64,000 nt of DNA from assembly GCA_964389835.1 (NCBI GenBank), contig CAYMEZ010000010.1, positions 284 through 64,283 of the forward strand, in the 5' to 3' direction. Below are positions 9,560 to 20,371 of this stretch, in pieces. Position 1 is the stretch's first letter. Each line of letters starts with the position of its first letter. The DNA is from an uncultured Lachnospiraceae bacterium. Lineage in GTDB: Bacteria; Bacillota; Clostridia; Lachnospirales; Lachnospiraceae. Under the pieces are notes generated by a model. That model was not told the origin of the DNA. It worked only from the letters and a program-made list of their open reading frames with translations, and ran no database searches. The position numbers and the translations under genes were made by a program.

Positions 9560-10471
9560 TTATAATCTGTCACTTTCCCCACAGATATAGCTGTTTACCA
9601 TCTTCTCATATCGTGCAAAATAAGACAGCTCCATGGTATAGCACTGCTTTCTGGCAGCTGCACTAAGGCCTATCTTATCCACGATGCGGAACAGTGTTTC
9701 ATTAACCACATCAAAATGAGATATCGTTTCCGGCGGATAAAGCCTGCTCCCTGTCTGCACAGCAAAGCAAAGCATTTCTAGCGGTGCCGCCACATCAGAG
9801 GCATAATTTAACAGATACTCGATCCTTACCTCGCCTGCTGCCTCTGCCCTGACCAGCAGGATGCCTGCCGGTTTTCCCTGCTCCAGCTTGACACTGCACA
9901 CATCTGCCAGATATTCTTTTCTATTCAGGGGAAAGCCTGCGATATTCTCTTCCTGCTGCTGTATTTTCTGGTAAAAGGGCTTTAAGCTGGCTTCACTGCA
10001 TTTGGAAAGCGGCTGTATCTCCTTGTATTTTCCTTGAAAATACGGATTTTTCGCCAGTTGCCCCAGCCTGCAGGAAAAGCTGCCGATATTTTCCTTCTGG
10101 CAGGTAAAAGGATAAGCTGACAGCAGCCGTTCAAGCTCCTTATATGCCCCCTGCATACAACGAAGCCGCAGATATTTTTTCCCATCATGATATGCATACA
10201 GCAAAAGCTTGGTCAGAAAGCGCAGCCCTATCCCTCTTTTACGAAACTCTGCCGCTATGTAGATATGGTGCAGCCAGAGCGTTTCCGGCTCACTGCTCAC
10301 AACCGCAGCACCGCAGGGGATTCCCAGATATGCCACGCCCCAGTACTGCACAGCAGCGGTTTTCCATGACAGCTCTTTCCACGCATCCGGTATCATATGC
10401 CCATAAGCTGCCAGCTGGCTTTCCTCTAAGAGAAAAAATTCTTCCATCCGCTTTCTCCTTTCATTGATCAC
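9560..10471 (-). CDS. GNAT-family acetyltransferase-like protein (partner of K2)
   Basis: HIYIAAEFRKRGIG motif; start may be a few codons later (MEEFF). Confidence 0.8.
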   Translation of the reverse strand: MINERRKRMEEFFLLEESQLAAYGHMIPDAWKELSWKTAAVQYWGVAYLGIPCGAAVVSSEPETLWLHHIYIAAEFRKRGIGLRFLTKLLLYAYHDGKKYLRLRCMQGAYKELERLLSAYPFTCQKENIGSFSCRLGQLAKNPYFQGKYKEIQPLSKCSEASLKPFYQKIQQQEENIAGFPLNRKEYLADVCSVKLEQGKPAGILLVRAEAAGEVRIEYLLNYASDVAAPLEMLCFAVQTGSRLYPPETISHFDVVNETLFRIVDKIGLSAAARKQCYTMELSYFARYEKMVNSYICGESDRL

Positions 10472-12669
10472 ATTTTCCCGTATAAAAGCTCCTGTCTGAT
10501 AGACAGTGCCCCGTTCTTTTTATATTCTCCGTCAATAGCATCTACCACATCCATTTTGGTCAGCGCACGCTTCTCCCATGCAACACGGTATGCCGCCTGC
10601 ACAGCTGCTGCCTTGATACTGCTGCCGGACATTTCTCCAACCTGCGCGATATTGGTAAAATCGATCGCCTCCTTTGGAAGCTCCTTAGGAAATACATTTT
10701 CCCAAAGTCTCTGCCTGATCTGGGCATCGGGCAGGTTCATCGGTACGATAAAGGTGATACGTCTGCGGAATGCCATATCAAAATTATTCAGATTGTTGGT
10801 GGCAAGGAAGGAAATCCCGTCATATTCCTCGATCTTCTGAAGCAGATAAGCTACCTCTGCATTGGCATATTTATCATTAGAGCTTCCGACCTCCGTTCTC
10901 TTGGTAAACAATGCATCTGCCTCATCAAAAAATAAAATGGCATTGGCATGCTTACCCGTATCAAAGATCGCTGCCAGATTTTTCTCTGTTTCGCCGATAT
11001 ATTTGCTGCCGATCTGGGATAGATCGATCCGGTAAATATCCAGCTTTAATTCATTGGCAAGGACATTTGCCGCCATGGTCTTGCCTGTTCCGGGCGGTCC
11101 GTACAAAAGCACGGAAAATCCCCGTCCATAAGGCATTTTTTTGCCAAAGCCATAATCCTCGTATACCACAGAACGATGCTTTGCATAGGCAAGTATCTTT
11201 TTCAGCTCCGTTTCGCTCTCCTGATTTAATTGGATATCCTCCCATGTAAATCCGGTCTGCAGCCGTCTCGCCTTGCTGCCAAAGTCTACCTTGCATTTTT
11301 CGCGTATCTTATCTGACAATACGCTCTCCGGAATGAGAGGGATGTCCTCGATGACCAGCTGCTGTGTGATCTGCTCAATGGCACGGGGTGTCAGGGAATA
11401 CTTTGACACAACCGCGTCCAGATCAAGGTCTTTTTCAAAGCTCAGACCTTTTTTGTCTGAAAAATACTGCCAGAAGCGTTTCTGCATCGCAGCACAGGGA
11501 CGCTCCAGCTGTACAAAAAGCCACACCTGCTCTGCTGCTGTGCCAGCTGCTGCCTCCAGATTTTCCTGCTCCGTAGAAAGGAACATAAGCATAACGTATT
11601 TGCTCAAAAGCGACAGTATCTCTCCTGCCGTGGTCTGTTCACTGTCACTATAACGGACATGATCCAGATGCAGATGCAGTCCCTCTATCATACATTTACA
11701 TATGATATCGTTTAAGATTTCTTCACGCTCTGGAGCGCTCATATGCAAAAGCAGGGGAAACTCTACGCTCAAAAAGCTCTGTCCGGTCAGTGCTGCTACG
11801 GTACGCAGCAGAAATTTCTTTCCGGTGCCCTTCTCTCCCAGCAGGCATATGACACCTCTGTCATTATTTTCCAGCAGTCCGCCCATCAGCTTCAGCACAT
11901 GGGCGATCCTGTCCCGGTCGGCAATAAAAGGATCTGGCTTTTCGTCTCCTATGATCAGTCTGGCGTATGGATAGAGCTTTCCCATCGCTCCACGATTTCC
12001 CATCAGAAAATCCCGGATCCTCTGATTTAAGCACAGGCGCTTTGAAAGGCTCGAATCATCCTCTCTGCCCCAAAAACGCCTGTCAAATACAAAACGTCCC
12101 AGATAGCTGTCTTCATCCGAAAGCAGTGCCACATCCTCATACTGCATTGGCATAAAAAGTGCACAAAGGTCATATACAAAGCCTACTGTCGGTCGGATAG
12201 ACTGTGAGGGCTCCTCCTGAAGCACACTGTAAATACGTTCATACTTCCTGTTCAGATCCGGCAGAAAGGAAAGCACTACTGCCATGATCTCTGGATAGGT
12301 AAATTCATGCAGCATACGGAGTACATCAAACGGCAGAAAAATCCCCTCCTGTGCCGCCGCTTCTCCTTTTTTCAAAAGCATTTGAAAAATCCCAAGTATC
12401 ACAGGCTCCTGCCCGGTATTCGGTGAAAAGGGCTTTGGCTCTATCGCCCGCATCAGCTCCTCATCCTGATAGACCGTCCCGATCCGCCGAAGGCTCTCCT
12501 CAAGGCCATTTTCCTTGATCAGAATCTGCATGCTGCACAGCATATCTGCAAACTGCATCCAGTCATGATACTGTTCTTCTATTGTGTGGTATGGAGTCTC
12601 TTCCAGCTTGGGAAAATACAGCGCCGCTAATTGCAGATATTCTTTTTGTAATTTTTCTTTTTCTTCCAT
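10468..12669 (-). CDS. Afp15/Pvc15-like AAA+ ATPase (copy 2)
   Basis: Walker A GPPGTGKT, pore loop SKYIGETEK, Walker [14 protein letters not shown] finger; degenerate first P-loop GEKGTGKK. Confidence 0.88.
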   Translation of the reverse strand: MEEKEKLQKEYLQLAALYFPKLEETPYHTIEEQYHDWMQFADMLCSMQILIKENGLEESLRRIGTVYQDEELMRAIEPKPFSPNTGQEPVILGIFQMLLKKGEAAAQEGIFLPFDVLRMLHEFTYPEIMAVVLSFLPDLNRKYERIYSVLQEEPSQSIRPTVGFVYDLCALFMPMQYEDVALLSDEDSYLGRFVFDRRFWGREDDSSLSKRLCLNQRIRDFLMGNRGAMGKLYPYARLIIGDEKPDPFIADRDRIAHVLKLMGGLLENNDRGVICLLGEKGTGKKFLLRTVAALTGQSFLSVEFPLLLHMSAPEREEILNDIICKCMIEGLHLHLDHVRYSDSEQTTAGEILSLLSKYVMLMFLSTEQENLEAAAGTAAEQVWLFVQLERPCAAMQKRFWQYFSDKKGLSFEKDLDLDAVVSKYSLTPRAIEQITQQLVIEDIPLIPESVLSDKIREKCKVDFGSKARRLQTGFTWEDIQLNQESETELKKILAYAKHRSVVYEDYGFGKKMPYGRGFSVLLYGPPGTGKTMAANVLANELKLDIYRIDLSQIGSKYIGETEKNLAAIFDTGKHANAILFFDEADALFTKRTEVGSSNDKYANAEVAYLLQKIEEYDGISFLATNNLNNFDMAFRRRITFIVPMNLPDAQIRQRLWENVFPKELPKEAIDFTNIAQVGEMSGSSIKAAAVQAAYRVAWEKRALTKMDVVDAIDGEYKKNGALSIRQELLYGKM

Positions 12670-12735
12670 AATACCTATACCTGATCTACTCCCATTCTCT
12701 CTTCTTTACACCTTCCAAGTTTCTCTGCTCTCATG

Positions 12736-15258
12736 CTACTGTGCCAGAGATTCCCGGATCTTTCCCCTGATCCGTCTTGTTGCATCGTCTACGCGTCTGC
12801 GCCTTGCGCCCGGCCCGTCAATCTCTACCAGCTTTACAACATTGACATGTCTGATGCCGCCATAGTTTACTTTACCTTCCTCATTCAGAGCAAATTCCGA
12901 TGCGAGTGCGGCATCACTGACTGTATCGGAAACAATATTTTCAGGATCTCTTTTTAACGCTTCTACGGACACATTTTTTACCAATGATTTTTCTACGCGG
13001 AATCTTGTGCCAGAAGGTATCAGAACCTCCTCTTCATTTGCGACCTTTGAAAGCTGTGTGATGTCTACGGAGCCCTTTCCGGTCAGCTGATAAAGCGCCA
13101 GCACCGAATTGTCATAGCCTGACTTTTCTACACTCTTTCCAAAATACATCAATGCCTTTTCGATTCTCTTTGAGGTACTGGTAAGTGCTTTCGTATCATA
13201 TTCCTGTCCTGGGCTCTGATAACCGCCGCCGCTGTTTTTCTCTCCACGGAACGTGTTGACGCTTGCTGCGTGCATATAATCTGCTTCATTTGCCTGTCCC
13301 GGTTCGCGACCGCCGCGCTCCTCTAAGGCATCCTGCGCCATTCTTGCTGACAGACGTGTCAGTGCATAAATCTGTTCCAAAAGCTTGGAATCCTTTGTTT
13401 CCTCCTTATAAGAGGACTGGTAGCTGCCGAATTTCTTTTCATCCACACGGCTATCCGTCAGTTTCATCTTACCAAAGACTCCGCCCCACTTCCTGCCAAC
13501 ATTCATCGTCATATAAGCGCCTGTCGTATAGATATTGAGTGCAAGATCCTGCGCCTGCATTGTCATCGCATCCACGCCCTGCGTAACAGCGCTCTTTGCA
13601 AACAGTGTCAGCTCCGGAAGCAGCTCTACATCCTGCTTTTTCTTTGTTACCAGCATTTTCTTCTGCCGTATCAGCCCAAGATCCTCTGACATGAAGAACA
13701 ATCTCTGCTGCGCAGCCATCAATTCTTCTTCTACTGCACGCCGCTTTGAGCCATCTGTATCACCTTTAAATGCCTTTCCTGCATTGAGCAGACGGTTTAT
13801 CATACTTCCTATTTTTTTCTCCAGCTGCTTTTTTTCCTGCATACGCTTATCAAACAGCTCATCTATGATCTCCTTTTGAAGTGTCAGATTGTCATTTTCC
13901 TGAATCCTGTCTTCTCTCAGCGCTGTCCTGCCAATCTTAGCTTCACGTTTTTTACGTGCTTCTGTCAGGTCATTCAGCTGCATCTTATAAATGACTTCAT
14001 GCGGAAATTGTTTATTTTCGGCAAAGTTTTCACGCAGTGTTTCCGTATCCAGCGGGTCAATATTGGTATACATGACAGCAGCTTCCTCAAGAGACTCTGT
14101 TCCTCGCACACCTGCATTGTGGGAGCCCTTCAAAATCTCATACAGAGAATGATCATGGCAGGACACCATCCATGCGATCAGCGCCAGACGGAAGTCAAGC
14201 AGCTCTTTCTGGCTTGCGCCCATGAGCTTATAAGCACCCAGCATACGCAGTGTCGTGCCGGAGCTGCCTGCCGTCTGCAGCATCCCCTCTGCCGTTGTCT
14301 CTTTACCAGGAGTATAATATGCCGTTCCCTCTTTCCATGCGATCTGTTCCTGACCATCCTTATCATGGGTCATTGCAAAGAAACGTTCTCTTTCGCTGGG
14401 GGCAATGCCCAGCCGATCATAATGCTCCATGCCCAGCCCCTGCTGCTCCTCTTTCTTCTTACTGGAACGGCGAAAGGTGTTCAAGAGTGCAGCATCCCAT
14501 GCTCGCTTGACTCCTCTCCACCATCTTGTCAGCCTATTACCTTTTCCATTACGTTCTTCCTCGCGTTTTTCAAGGTCTCTGGCAAGGCTGTAGGTATCAA
14601 ACACATCCTTGCCCTTTTGGAAATGATCCAGACCTTCTAACAGATCAAAATCAAGTCCTAAAGCATCCCTTCGACCCTGATCATTTATGTTTTTCGCACC
14701 CTGCAGGACACCCTTAAAGGAAACACCGTTACGGATCTGTTCCCTGGTCTTGCCGCCATTGATAAACATACCGTTATAGAGCAGAGTCATCTGCTCCCGC
14801 AGATTGCCGTCTCCATTGATCACTTCATCCAGACTCTGCATGTTTTTCAGATCTGCCTGATTCCGCGATGTCCGCTTGCCATCTCCTCGCTCATCTCCAT
14901 ACAGTACCTTTCTGATCTGTCCGGCACCTGTATTGTCCCTTTTCTCCTGCATCAGCGCTTCAACGAGAGTTTTGTTGATCTGTATCTGCTGGTCTGCGCC
15001 GCCTGCCTGCCCTGCCAGATCATTGAGCGCAGCAGCATCTTCTAACTGCTCTTTCGCAGGAAGCTGTTTTCCGCCATCGCCGTAATAGGTGGTCAATATC
15101 CTGCTGATCTTTCCTAGTGCAGTCTTGACTGCCGCCTTCGTATATGACATGTGAAACAGCTTTACTGCCAGATTCTCCTCATATTTCGCTGCCTCCACTT
15201 TCCATCTTGGGTCTTTATAGACGATCTCATAAGCTTCCTTTGTAAAGCTCTCACCCAT
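12736..15258 (-). CDS. Putative effector with C-terminal R-S-E ADP-ribosyltransferase domain and an unassigned central domain
   Basis: ALNIYTTGAY...TFRGE...TSTS...EEEVLIPSGTRFRV matches the VIP2/C2I/ExoS-type ART signature. Confidence 0.8.
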   Translation of the reverse strand: MGESFTKEAYEIVYKDPRWKVEAAKYEENLAVKLFHMSYTKAAVKTALGKISRILTTYYGDGGKQLPAKEQLEDAAALNDLAGQAGGADQQIQINKTLVEALMQEKRDNTGAGQIRKVLYGDERGDGKRTSRNQADLKNMQSLDEVINGDGNLREQMTLLYNGMFINGGKTREQIRNGVSFKGVLQGAKNINDQGRRDALGLDFDLLEGLDHFQKGKDVFDTYSLARDLEKREEERNGKGNRLTRWWRGVKRAWDAALLNTFRRSSKKKEEQQGLGMEHYDRLGIAPSERERFFAMTHDKDGQEQIAWKEGTAYYTPGKETTAEGMLQTAGSSGTTLRMLGAYKLMGASQKELLDFRLALIAWMVSCHDHSLYEILKGSHNAGVRGTESLEEAAVMYTNIDPLDTETLRENFAENKQFPHEVIYKMQLNDLTEARKKREAKIGRTALREDRIQENDNLTLQKEIIDELFDKRMQEKKQLEKKIGSMINRLLNAGKAFKGDTDGSKRRAVEEELMAAQQRLFFMSEDLGLIRQKKMLVTKKKQDVELLPELTLFAKSAVTQGVDAMTMQAQDLALNIYTTGAYMTMNVGRKWGGVFGKMKLTDSRVDEKKFGSYQSSYKEETKDSKLLEQIYALTRLSARMAQDALEERGGREPGQANEADYMHAASVNTFRGEKNSGGGYQSPGQEYDTKALTSTSKRIEKALMYFGKSVEKSGYDNSVLALYQLTGKGSVDITQLSKVANEEEVLIPSGTRFRVEKSLVKNVSVEALKRDPENIVSDTVSDAALASEFALNEEGKVNYGGIRHVNVVKLVEIDGPGARRRRVDDATRRIRGKIRESLAQ

Positions 15259-15297
15259 GTTTTTACCCTCCTTTTTGTGGTCTCTTTTCCAGATAAG

Positions 15298-18200
15298 CTA
15301 TTCCGCCGCCACTCTCTCCGGCTGTTCTTCTTTCGGCAGCAGCTGGGCAAGAAATGACCTGTTTGTGATTCCCATAACAGCCTTATTCTGGGCATCCACG
15401 CCCCATTTTCCTTTTTCCCTGAAAAAGTCCTCTCTTGTCTGCGCTGCTTCCTTGATACTGTTTCTTAAAGCCTCATAGCGCGCTGTCAGTGCCTTTATGT
15501 ATTCCGGCTCGATCAGCCCCTCCAGATTGACTGCCAAAAGCTCCGGTGATACTGCCATCATGCTGTCATACAGTTCCTTATCCATCATGTCTAAGGCAAA
15601 CTGGTAGCCCGCTTTTGTTTTCTCGTATGCCAGACTGGGCGAATACAGGATCCTCTCAGATTTGCCAAAGGCAAAATCATTATCAATTCCGGTTACCTGT
15701 TTTACCGTGATCGTCCTTTTTTCATCATCAACATCATACACCAGAAAATAGTTGCCCATGTTACGGTCTGTCTGTCCTGTGATGTTGTCCAGCACCTGTA
15801 GATTCAGCAGCTGCTTTTGTGCCTGTTCTTCCACATAAACATGGTAGCCCTGCTTACTCTTTTCATATACCTCAAGCTTAAATGCACCAGCTGTTTTGCC
15901 CTTAGCGCCATCCATCACAAAGCCCTTTTTCACGGTTCCGTCTGCTTCCAGGACAACAGCTGCCTGATTGCGTATGATCAGACTCTTTAAGCCCAGCAGC
16001 TCTGCCACACGCTCAGTCGCATAATTGCGGGCTGTCATATCGGCTCCTGCCTCAAGCTGCAGACCCACACTTTGTGCCTGCCGCGCTGTTTCATAGTCTT
16101 TTTTCAGTGCGCTGGTAAACTGCTTCCACTTTTCCCTGTTTTGTGCATCCGTAAGATATTGCTCCAGATGCTGTGAGCCTATCAGGGCATTAAACTGCTC
16201 CAGCTGGGAATCTATTACATTGCCTGCTTCATCAAGCAGACTGCCCATGCTAAAAGCTACCTGATACATGGTATCATTGTCTTCTACACCCGTTTCTTCT
16301 ACATTTTCTATCAGGGCTTTAAAGCAGCCTGCGATCTCATCCTCCTGTAAGATTTCCAGTGTTTCCTCTGCACTCTCCTTAAAGCCTTTCAGCTTTTCAT
16401 CCTCTTTGAAGAAATAAAGCTGCTCTCCATCCTGGAATCTGAGTACCTCAGATGTACCTGCGCCTACTGATCTGGTCTGTGCATCCCTTGTAAAGGTTTT
16501 GATCTCCTGTGCATAATTGACCACATCCTGAAGGCTCAGTTTTTTCTCGCCCCCTGATTCCATGATCGCATTTCTAAGCTCCTTTGCCTGTCCCGGTATG
16601 CGCTGCCTGAACTCTGAAAAGCTGTCAGAAATCCCTGAAAGCTCAGAAAGTATCCCTTCAAAATCAGCCGGATTCCCGGTCTTTGAAAGAGCTGCTCTTG
16701 CTTCACGCAGACCTCTTTCCATGTAGCCGAACATGCTCATAAATGTCATGAGCTTTGCATCGAAAAATTCCTCCGGTGTGACCTCGATGGGGGTCTTTAG
16801 GTAAGTATCCATATCCGCAAGCCATGTCCCTGCATCCGATAATGCCTTCAATAGCTCTGTCTTAACGGCTTTCTTGAGGGATTTCTCATTCTCCAGCTGC
16901 TCTGACAGTGCCTTCAGCTGCCCCTTGTAGGTCTCAAAGCCCTGGGAAAATTTCAGCTTGGACAGCACCTGCTCTTTTGCTTCTGAAAGTTTTCCTGCAA
17001 AAGTTTCTTTTTCTGCAAGATATGCTTCTTCTGTCAGATATTCTCCGCTTTCCAGGTCCACAAGGCAGCTGCGTGCATAAGCATTGACATAGGTACGGTA
17101 CTGCTCGTAAAGCTTCTTATTCTTTTCCCACACAAGGCGCTGCTCTGCTGGGATCGTCCCCGCCAGTGCAGGATCTTCTTCCAGCATGCGCTCATAAGCG
17201 TCAGCCTCCTCAAAGGAAGCAAGCAGTTCTTCCCTGTGCTGCCTGATATATTCCTCTGACATCATTTCCGGTGTGACCCTGAGCGCAGCAAGTTTTTCTG
17301 CCAGCGGCAAAATATCATTTTCGTCTATCTCTGCCTTTGCCTTATACCTTGCATACAACAGCATAAAACCATCCACATTCGTTGGAAGCTTTAGCCGCTG
17401 ACTGATCTCCTCTGCCCAGGTCCTTTTTGTCTTTTCTATATCATGAGCTGCATAATGATACATATCCCTCATCATCTTTACTTCCGGTGTGGTATCGTCC
17501 TTATGCGCCTCCAAATACGGCTTTAGCTCCTCTAACATCAGCAGCCGCTGGAAATTTTCTTCTTTCGATTTTCCAAGCACATGCGTCATACGGATATAAG
17601 CAGTTCTGAATTTTTCTAATTCAGCAAGCTCTATTTCCTGCTTTTGCTTTTCTGCTTCTGTCATGCCCCTTTCTTCGCGGTCCAGATATTCAAAGGAATA
17701 CTTCACTTCTTTTTCCATCATCTTGGCAGCCATCTCATGGGATGTCTGATAATCACTTCCCATATGACAGTTGAATGTATATACCAGATTGATATAGCTT
17801 CCCATGGCATGGTATACCTGTACCAGATGAAGCAGTTTCATATCTTCCTCATTATGTATATCTATGATCTCATTTGAGTGTAGCACCAGATTATTATCTA
17901 CCTGCACATTAGCAAATATATGGTTCAGCTCTGCGGAATGCTCTATGATATACTCTACAGACGGAGGTGTGTGATGAAAGCGGTTTTCCAATTCTTCATA
18001 CTGTAGTTTCATCAGCTCTTTATACTCTGCCAGTCCCTGCAGGTTCTCCTCCCTGTAGGCTGCCAGCTCCTGCGGCGTTGCTGTCTGTCCGGCTAAGGCT
18101 CCGGCTGCAAGCTTTCTGCACATTTCAATATATCCAGCCTGCCCCATATCAGCCACGCCCTTCATCCCCTTAACTGCTCCAATGGTTCGCAGCATTGCTT

Positions 18201-20352
18201 CTCTGATCAGCGGCTTCTTCTCTCCCGCAAGGGTATATGCATGATTTCCTGTCAATGCATAAGCGATCTCTATATATTCCAGAGTCCTTTCCCTGTTTTT
18301 GATCTCCTCATCTGCTTTCCCATTGCCCGGCTGCCGCTGCTCCTTCAGCAGCTTTAGCATTTCCTTCTGCTGATTATAAAGCTCCTGCACCTTATTCGTA
18401 TTCAGATCTTCAACGTCCAATATCGTGCATACCGCTTTTTCTTTATCATCCAGCTCCTGTTCAAACTCATCATAAATAAAAACTTCATCGGCGCGTGCTC
18501 CCTTGTGCTCAGCAAAAGTGGCCTTAGCTTCCTTTGTCTGAAAATATGCATTATAAGCAGCTGGAATCTGAGCCTCATAGATCTGCAAACGATCCTTGAG
18601 GTAAACCAGCATATCCTTGTCTGTTAAGGCAGCTTCCTCATTAAGTCCGCACTTTGCCCTGATCGCCTTCTGCTCCTCCGCACTGAAATATTCCTGCGTC
18701 AGATTTCCCCGTGCATAAGCCTGTAGCAGTGAAAACATCTTCGCTCTGCCTGCATGTGCCCACACCAGCTTCCATTTTAAAAGAAATTCTTCTTTTTTCG
18801 CGCCTGCAACAGTATCTATGATCGATGGCGCTGCTCCATCCTGGGCATCCAGATATTTTGCCACCTCTCCTGCAAAGCTGCCTGCCAGAGCCAACCGCTG
18901 AAGCTCCTCGGCTCTTCCCAGCAGTTCCTCCGGGCTGTAGTGGTCCAGATTCTGCATATCCAGATCCCGTATCCCTTGCAGATCGGCTAACAGCATCTGT
19001 CTTACCTCAGCATATCCGTTTGCTGCTCCATCTGCCAGCATCTGCCGGTACGTCTCCTGCTGTGTACGCTCTTTTTCCAGGAAAGCTCCTGCATTTCCCT
19101 GTATGAGCTGATCCTTATTGTCAGCCTGAACATACTCCCGCACAATGCTCGCCTGCTCATTGGTCATCGGTCTCTCTTCCAGAATATGTAAAATGCCTGC
19201 CTTGATGCAGTCTGCACGATGGCTGATCAGCTGTATTTTTTCATGCTGTTTATCCAGTGCAGCCTGTAACGCGTTCTGGATATTCTGCGGCGCTGCTTCA
19301 TCCTGTTCCAGCAAAAGAGCACCTATCGCTGTCGCTTCTGTATTATATCTGCCGCAAAGCTCCTGAAGGGTAAAAAATTCCTGATACATCTCCAGCAGGG
19401 CAGCTTCGTATTTCTGATAGGGCGCACTATTACCTGCTTTTGCCTGCTCCAGCTGCTCCTTTAATGCCGCAAGCTCCTCATACTGGGCTGCGTAGCTTAG
19501 ATGCTCTGAATGGATAAAGGCATATCTTTCCTGCTCCTGCATCCCCTCCTGAAACGCTCTCGCCGATTGCAAAAGCTCTGCTTTCTCAGCCAGACGCAGT
19601 TCATCCACTACCTTCTCATCAATATCGCCCAGCTCCAAAAGCTGCTGTCTGCTCTGTATATTTTTTTCCTGTGCAGCTTCCGCTTCTGCCCTGTCAGCTT
19701 CCCGGAAAGTACCATCCTGGGTATAGACGAAGCCAAGGGCACACAGAGCAGTCTGAAAAGCGTTTTCCGCCCTGTCATACATGGTACGCATCAGAGAAAG
19801 GCGCACGCTCTCACTCTTTTGCATCACAGTGAGGGCATCTTCGCGCTCAAACAGCTGCAAATGCTCCTTCCATTCATCCAGACGCTTCCGTACCTCTTCA
19901 TAATGATGCATTACATAATCGGGCGAAAACATAGCAGGTGAAAGGGTTTCTGTAAAGATACGCCGTGCCTTTTCATCCATGACTCCTGTAGTCAGGATCT
20001 CATTCTGCCTCTGCTGCCCAGTCTGCTCCTGCTCCTTTCGCACCTCTGCCACCTTAGCCTGTTCAGTCGAAAGCCGGGCTTTTCTCTTTTTCTTTCTTTT
20101 GGATTCTTTTTCTCCCGCATCATCTGTTGGCATATCTGCGGTAAGCTTTGTCTCCCTGCTTTGGATATTTTCCTTACTCTTTAGCAGCTGTCCTTCATCC
20201 ATTTTCAGATCTGCCTCACGCTGCTGGTACTCTGCTGACAGTTCCAACCTGCGCTGACCATAGCGTAACAAGTCATCCTCTTTTTTCTGTGTGCGTAATT
20301 CAAATATAGAATCCATAGGCTTTTTCCTTTCTGACACAGGTGTCATATCCAT
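15298..20352 (-). CDS. Putative CIS effector K1 (1684 aa) with C-terminal PI3/PI4-kinase-like domain
   Basis: VGAGTSEV, YFFKED, ARNYATERVAELLG, LDNITGQTDRNMGNY, GIDNDFAFG. Confidence 0.75.
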   Translation of the reverse strand: MDMTPVSERKKPMDSIFELRTQKKEDDLLRYGQRRLELSAEYQQREADLKMDEGQLLKSKENIQSRETKLTADMPTDDAGEKESKRKKKRKARLSTEQAKVAEVRKEQEQTGQQRQNEILTTGVMDEKARRIFTETLSPAMFSPDYVMHHYEEVRKRLDEWKEHLQLFEREDALTVMQKSESVRLSLMRTMYDRAENAFQTALCALGFVYTQDGTFREADRAEAEAAQEKNIQSRQQLLELGDIDEKVVDELRLAEKAELLQSARAFQEGMQEQERYAFIHSEHLSYAAQYEELAALKEQLEQAKAGNSAPYQKYEAALLEMYQEFFTLQELCGRYNTEATAIGALLLEQDEAAPQNIQNALQAALDKQHEKIQLISHRADCIKAGILHILEERPMTNEQASIVREYVQADNKDQLIQGNAGAFLEKERTQQETYRQMLADGAANGYAEVRQMLLADLQGIRDLDMQNLDHYSPEELLGRAEELQRLALAGSFAGEVAKYLDAQDGAAPSIIDTVAGAKKEEFLLKWKLVWAHAGRAKMFSLLQAYARGNLTQEYFSAEEQKAIRAKCGLNEEAALTDKDMLVYLKDRLQIYEAQIPAAYNAYFQTKEAKATFAEHKGARADEVFIYDEFEQELDDKEKAVCTILDVEDLNTNKVQELYNQQKEMLKLLKEQRQPGNGKADEEIKNRERTLEYIEIAYALTGNHAYTLAGEKKPLIREAMLRTIGAVKGMKGVADMGQAGYIEMCRKLAAGALAGQTATPQELAAYREENLQGLAEYKELMKLQYEELENRFHHTPPSVEYIIEHSAELNHIFANVQVDNNLVLHSNEIIDIHNEEDMKLLHLVQVYHAMGSYINLVYTFNCHMGSDYQTSHEMAAKMMEKEVKYSFEYLDREERGMTEAEKQKQEIELAELEKFRTAYIRMTHVLGKSKEENFQRLLMLEELKPYLEAHKDDTTPEVKMMRDMYHYAAHDIEKTKRTWAEEISQRLKLPTNVDGFMLLYARYKAKAEIDENDILPLAEKLAALRVTPEMMSEEYIRQHREELLASFEEADAYERMLEEDPALAGTIPAEQRLVWEKNKKLYEQYRTYVNAYARSCLVDLESGEYLTEEAYLAEKETFAGKLSEAKEQVLSKLKFSQGFETYKGQLKALSEQLENEKSLKKAVKTELLKALSDAGTWLADMDTYLKTPIEVTPEEFFDAKLMTFMSMFGYMERGLREARAALSKTGNPADFEGILSELSGISDSFSEFRQRIPGQAKELRNAIMESGGEKKLSLQDVVNYAQEIKTFTRDAQTRSVGAGTSEVLRFQDGEQLYFFKEDEKLKGFKESAEETLEILQEDEIAGCFKALIENVEETGVEDNDTMYQVAFSMGSLLDEAGNVIDSQLEQFNALIGSQHLEQYLTDAQNREKWKQFTSALKKDYETARQAQSVGLQLEAGADMTARNYATERVAELLGLKSLIIRNQAAVVLEADGTVKKGFVMDGAKGKTAGAFKLEVYEKSKQGYHVYVEEQAQKQLLNLQVLDNITGQTDRNMGNYFLVYDVDDEKRTITVKQVTGIDNDFAFGKSERILYSPSLAYEKTKAGYQFALDMMDKELYDSMMAVSPELLAVNLEGLIEPEYIKALTARYEALRNSIKEAAQTREDFFREKGKWGVDAQNKAVMGITNRSFLAQLLPKEEQPERVAAE

Positions 20353-20371
20353 TGTTCTGATCTATTCTGAT

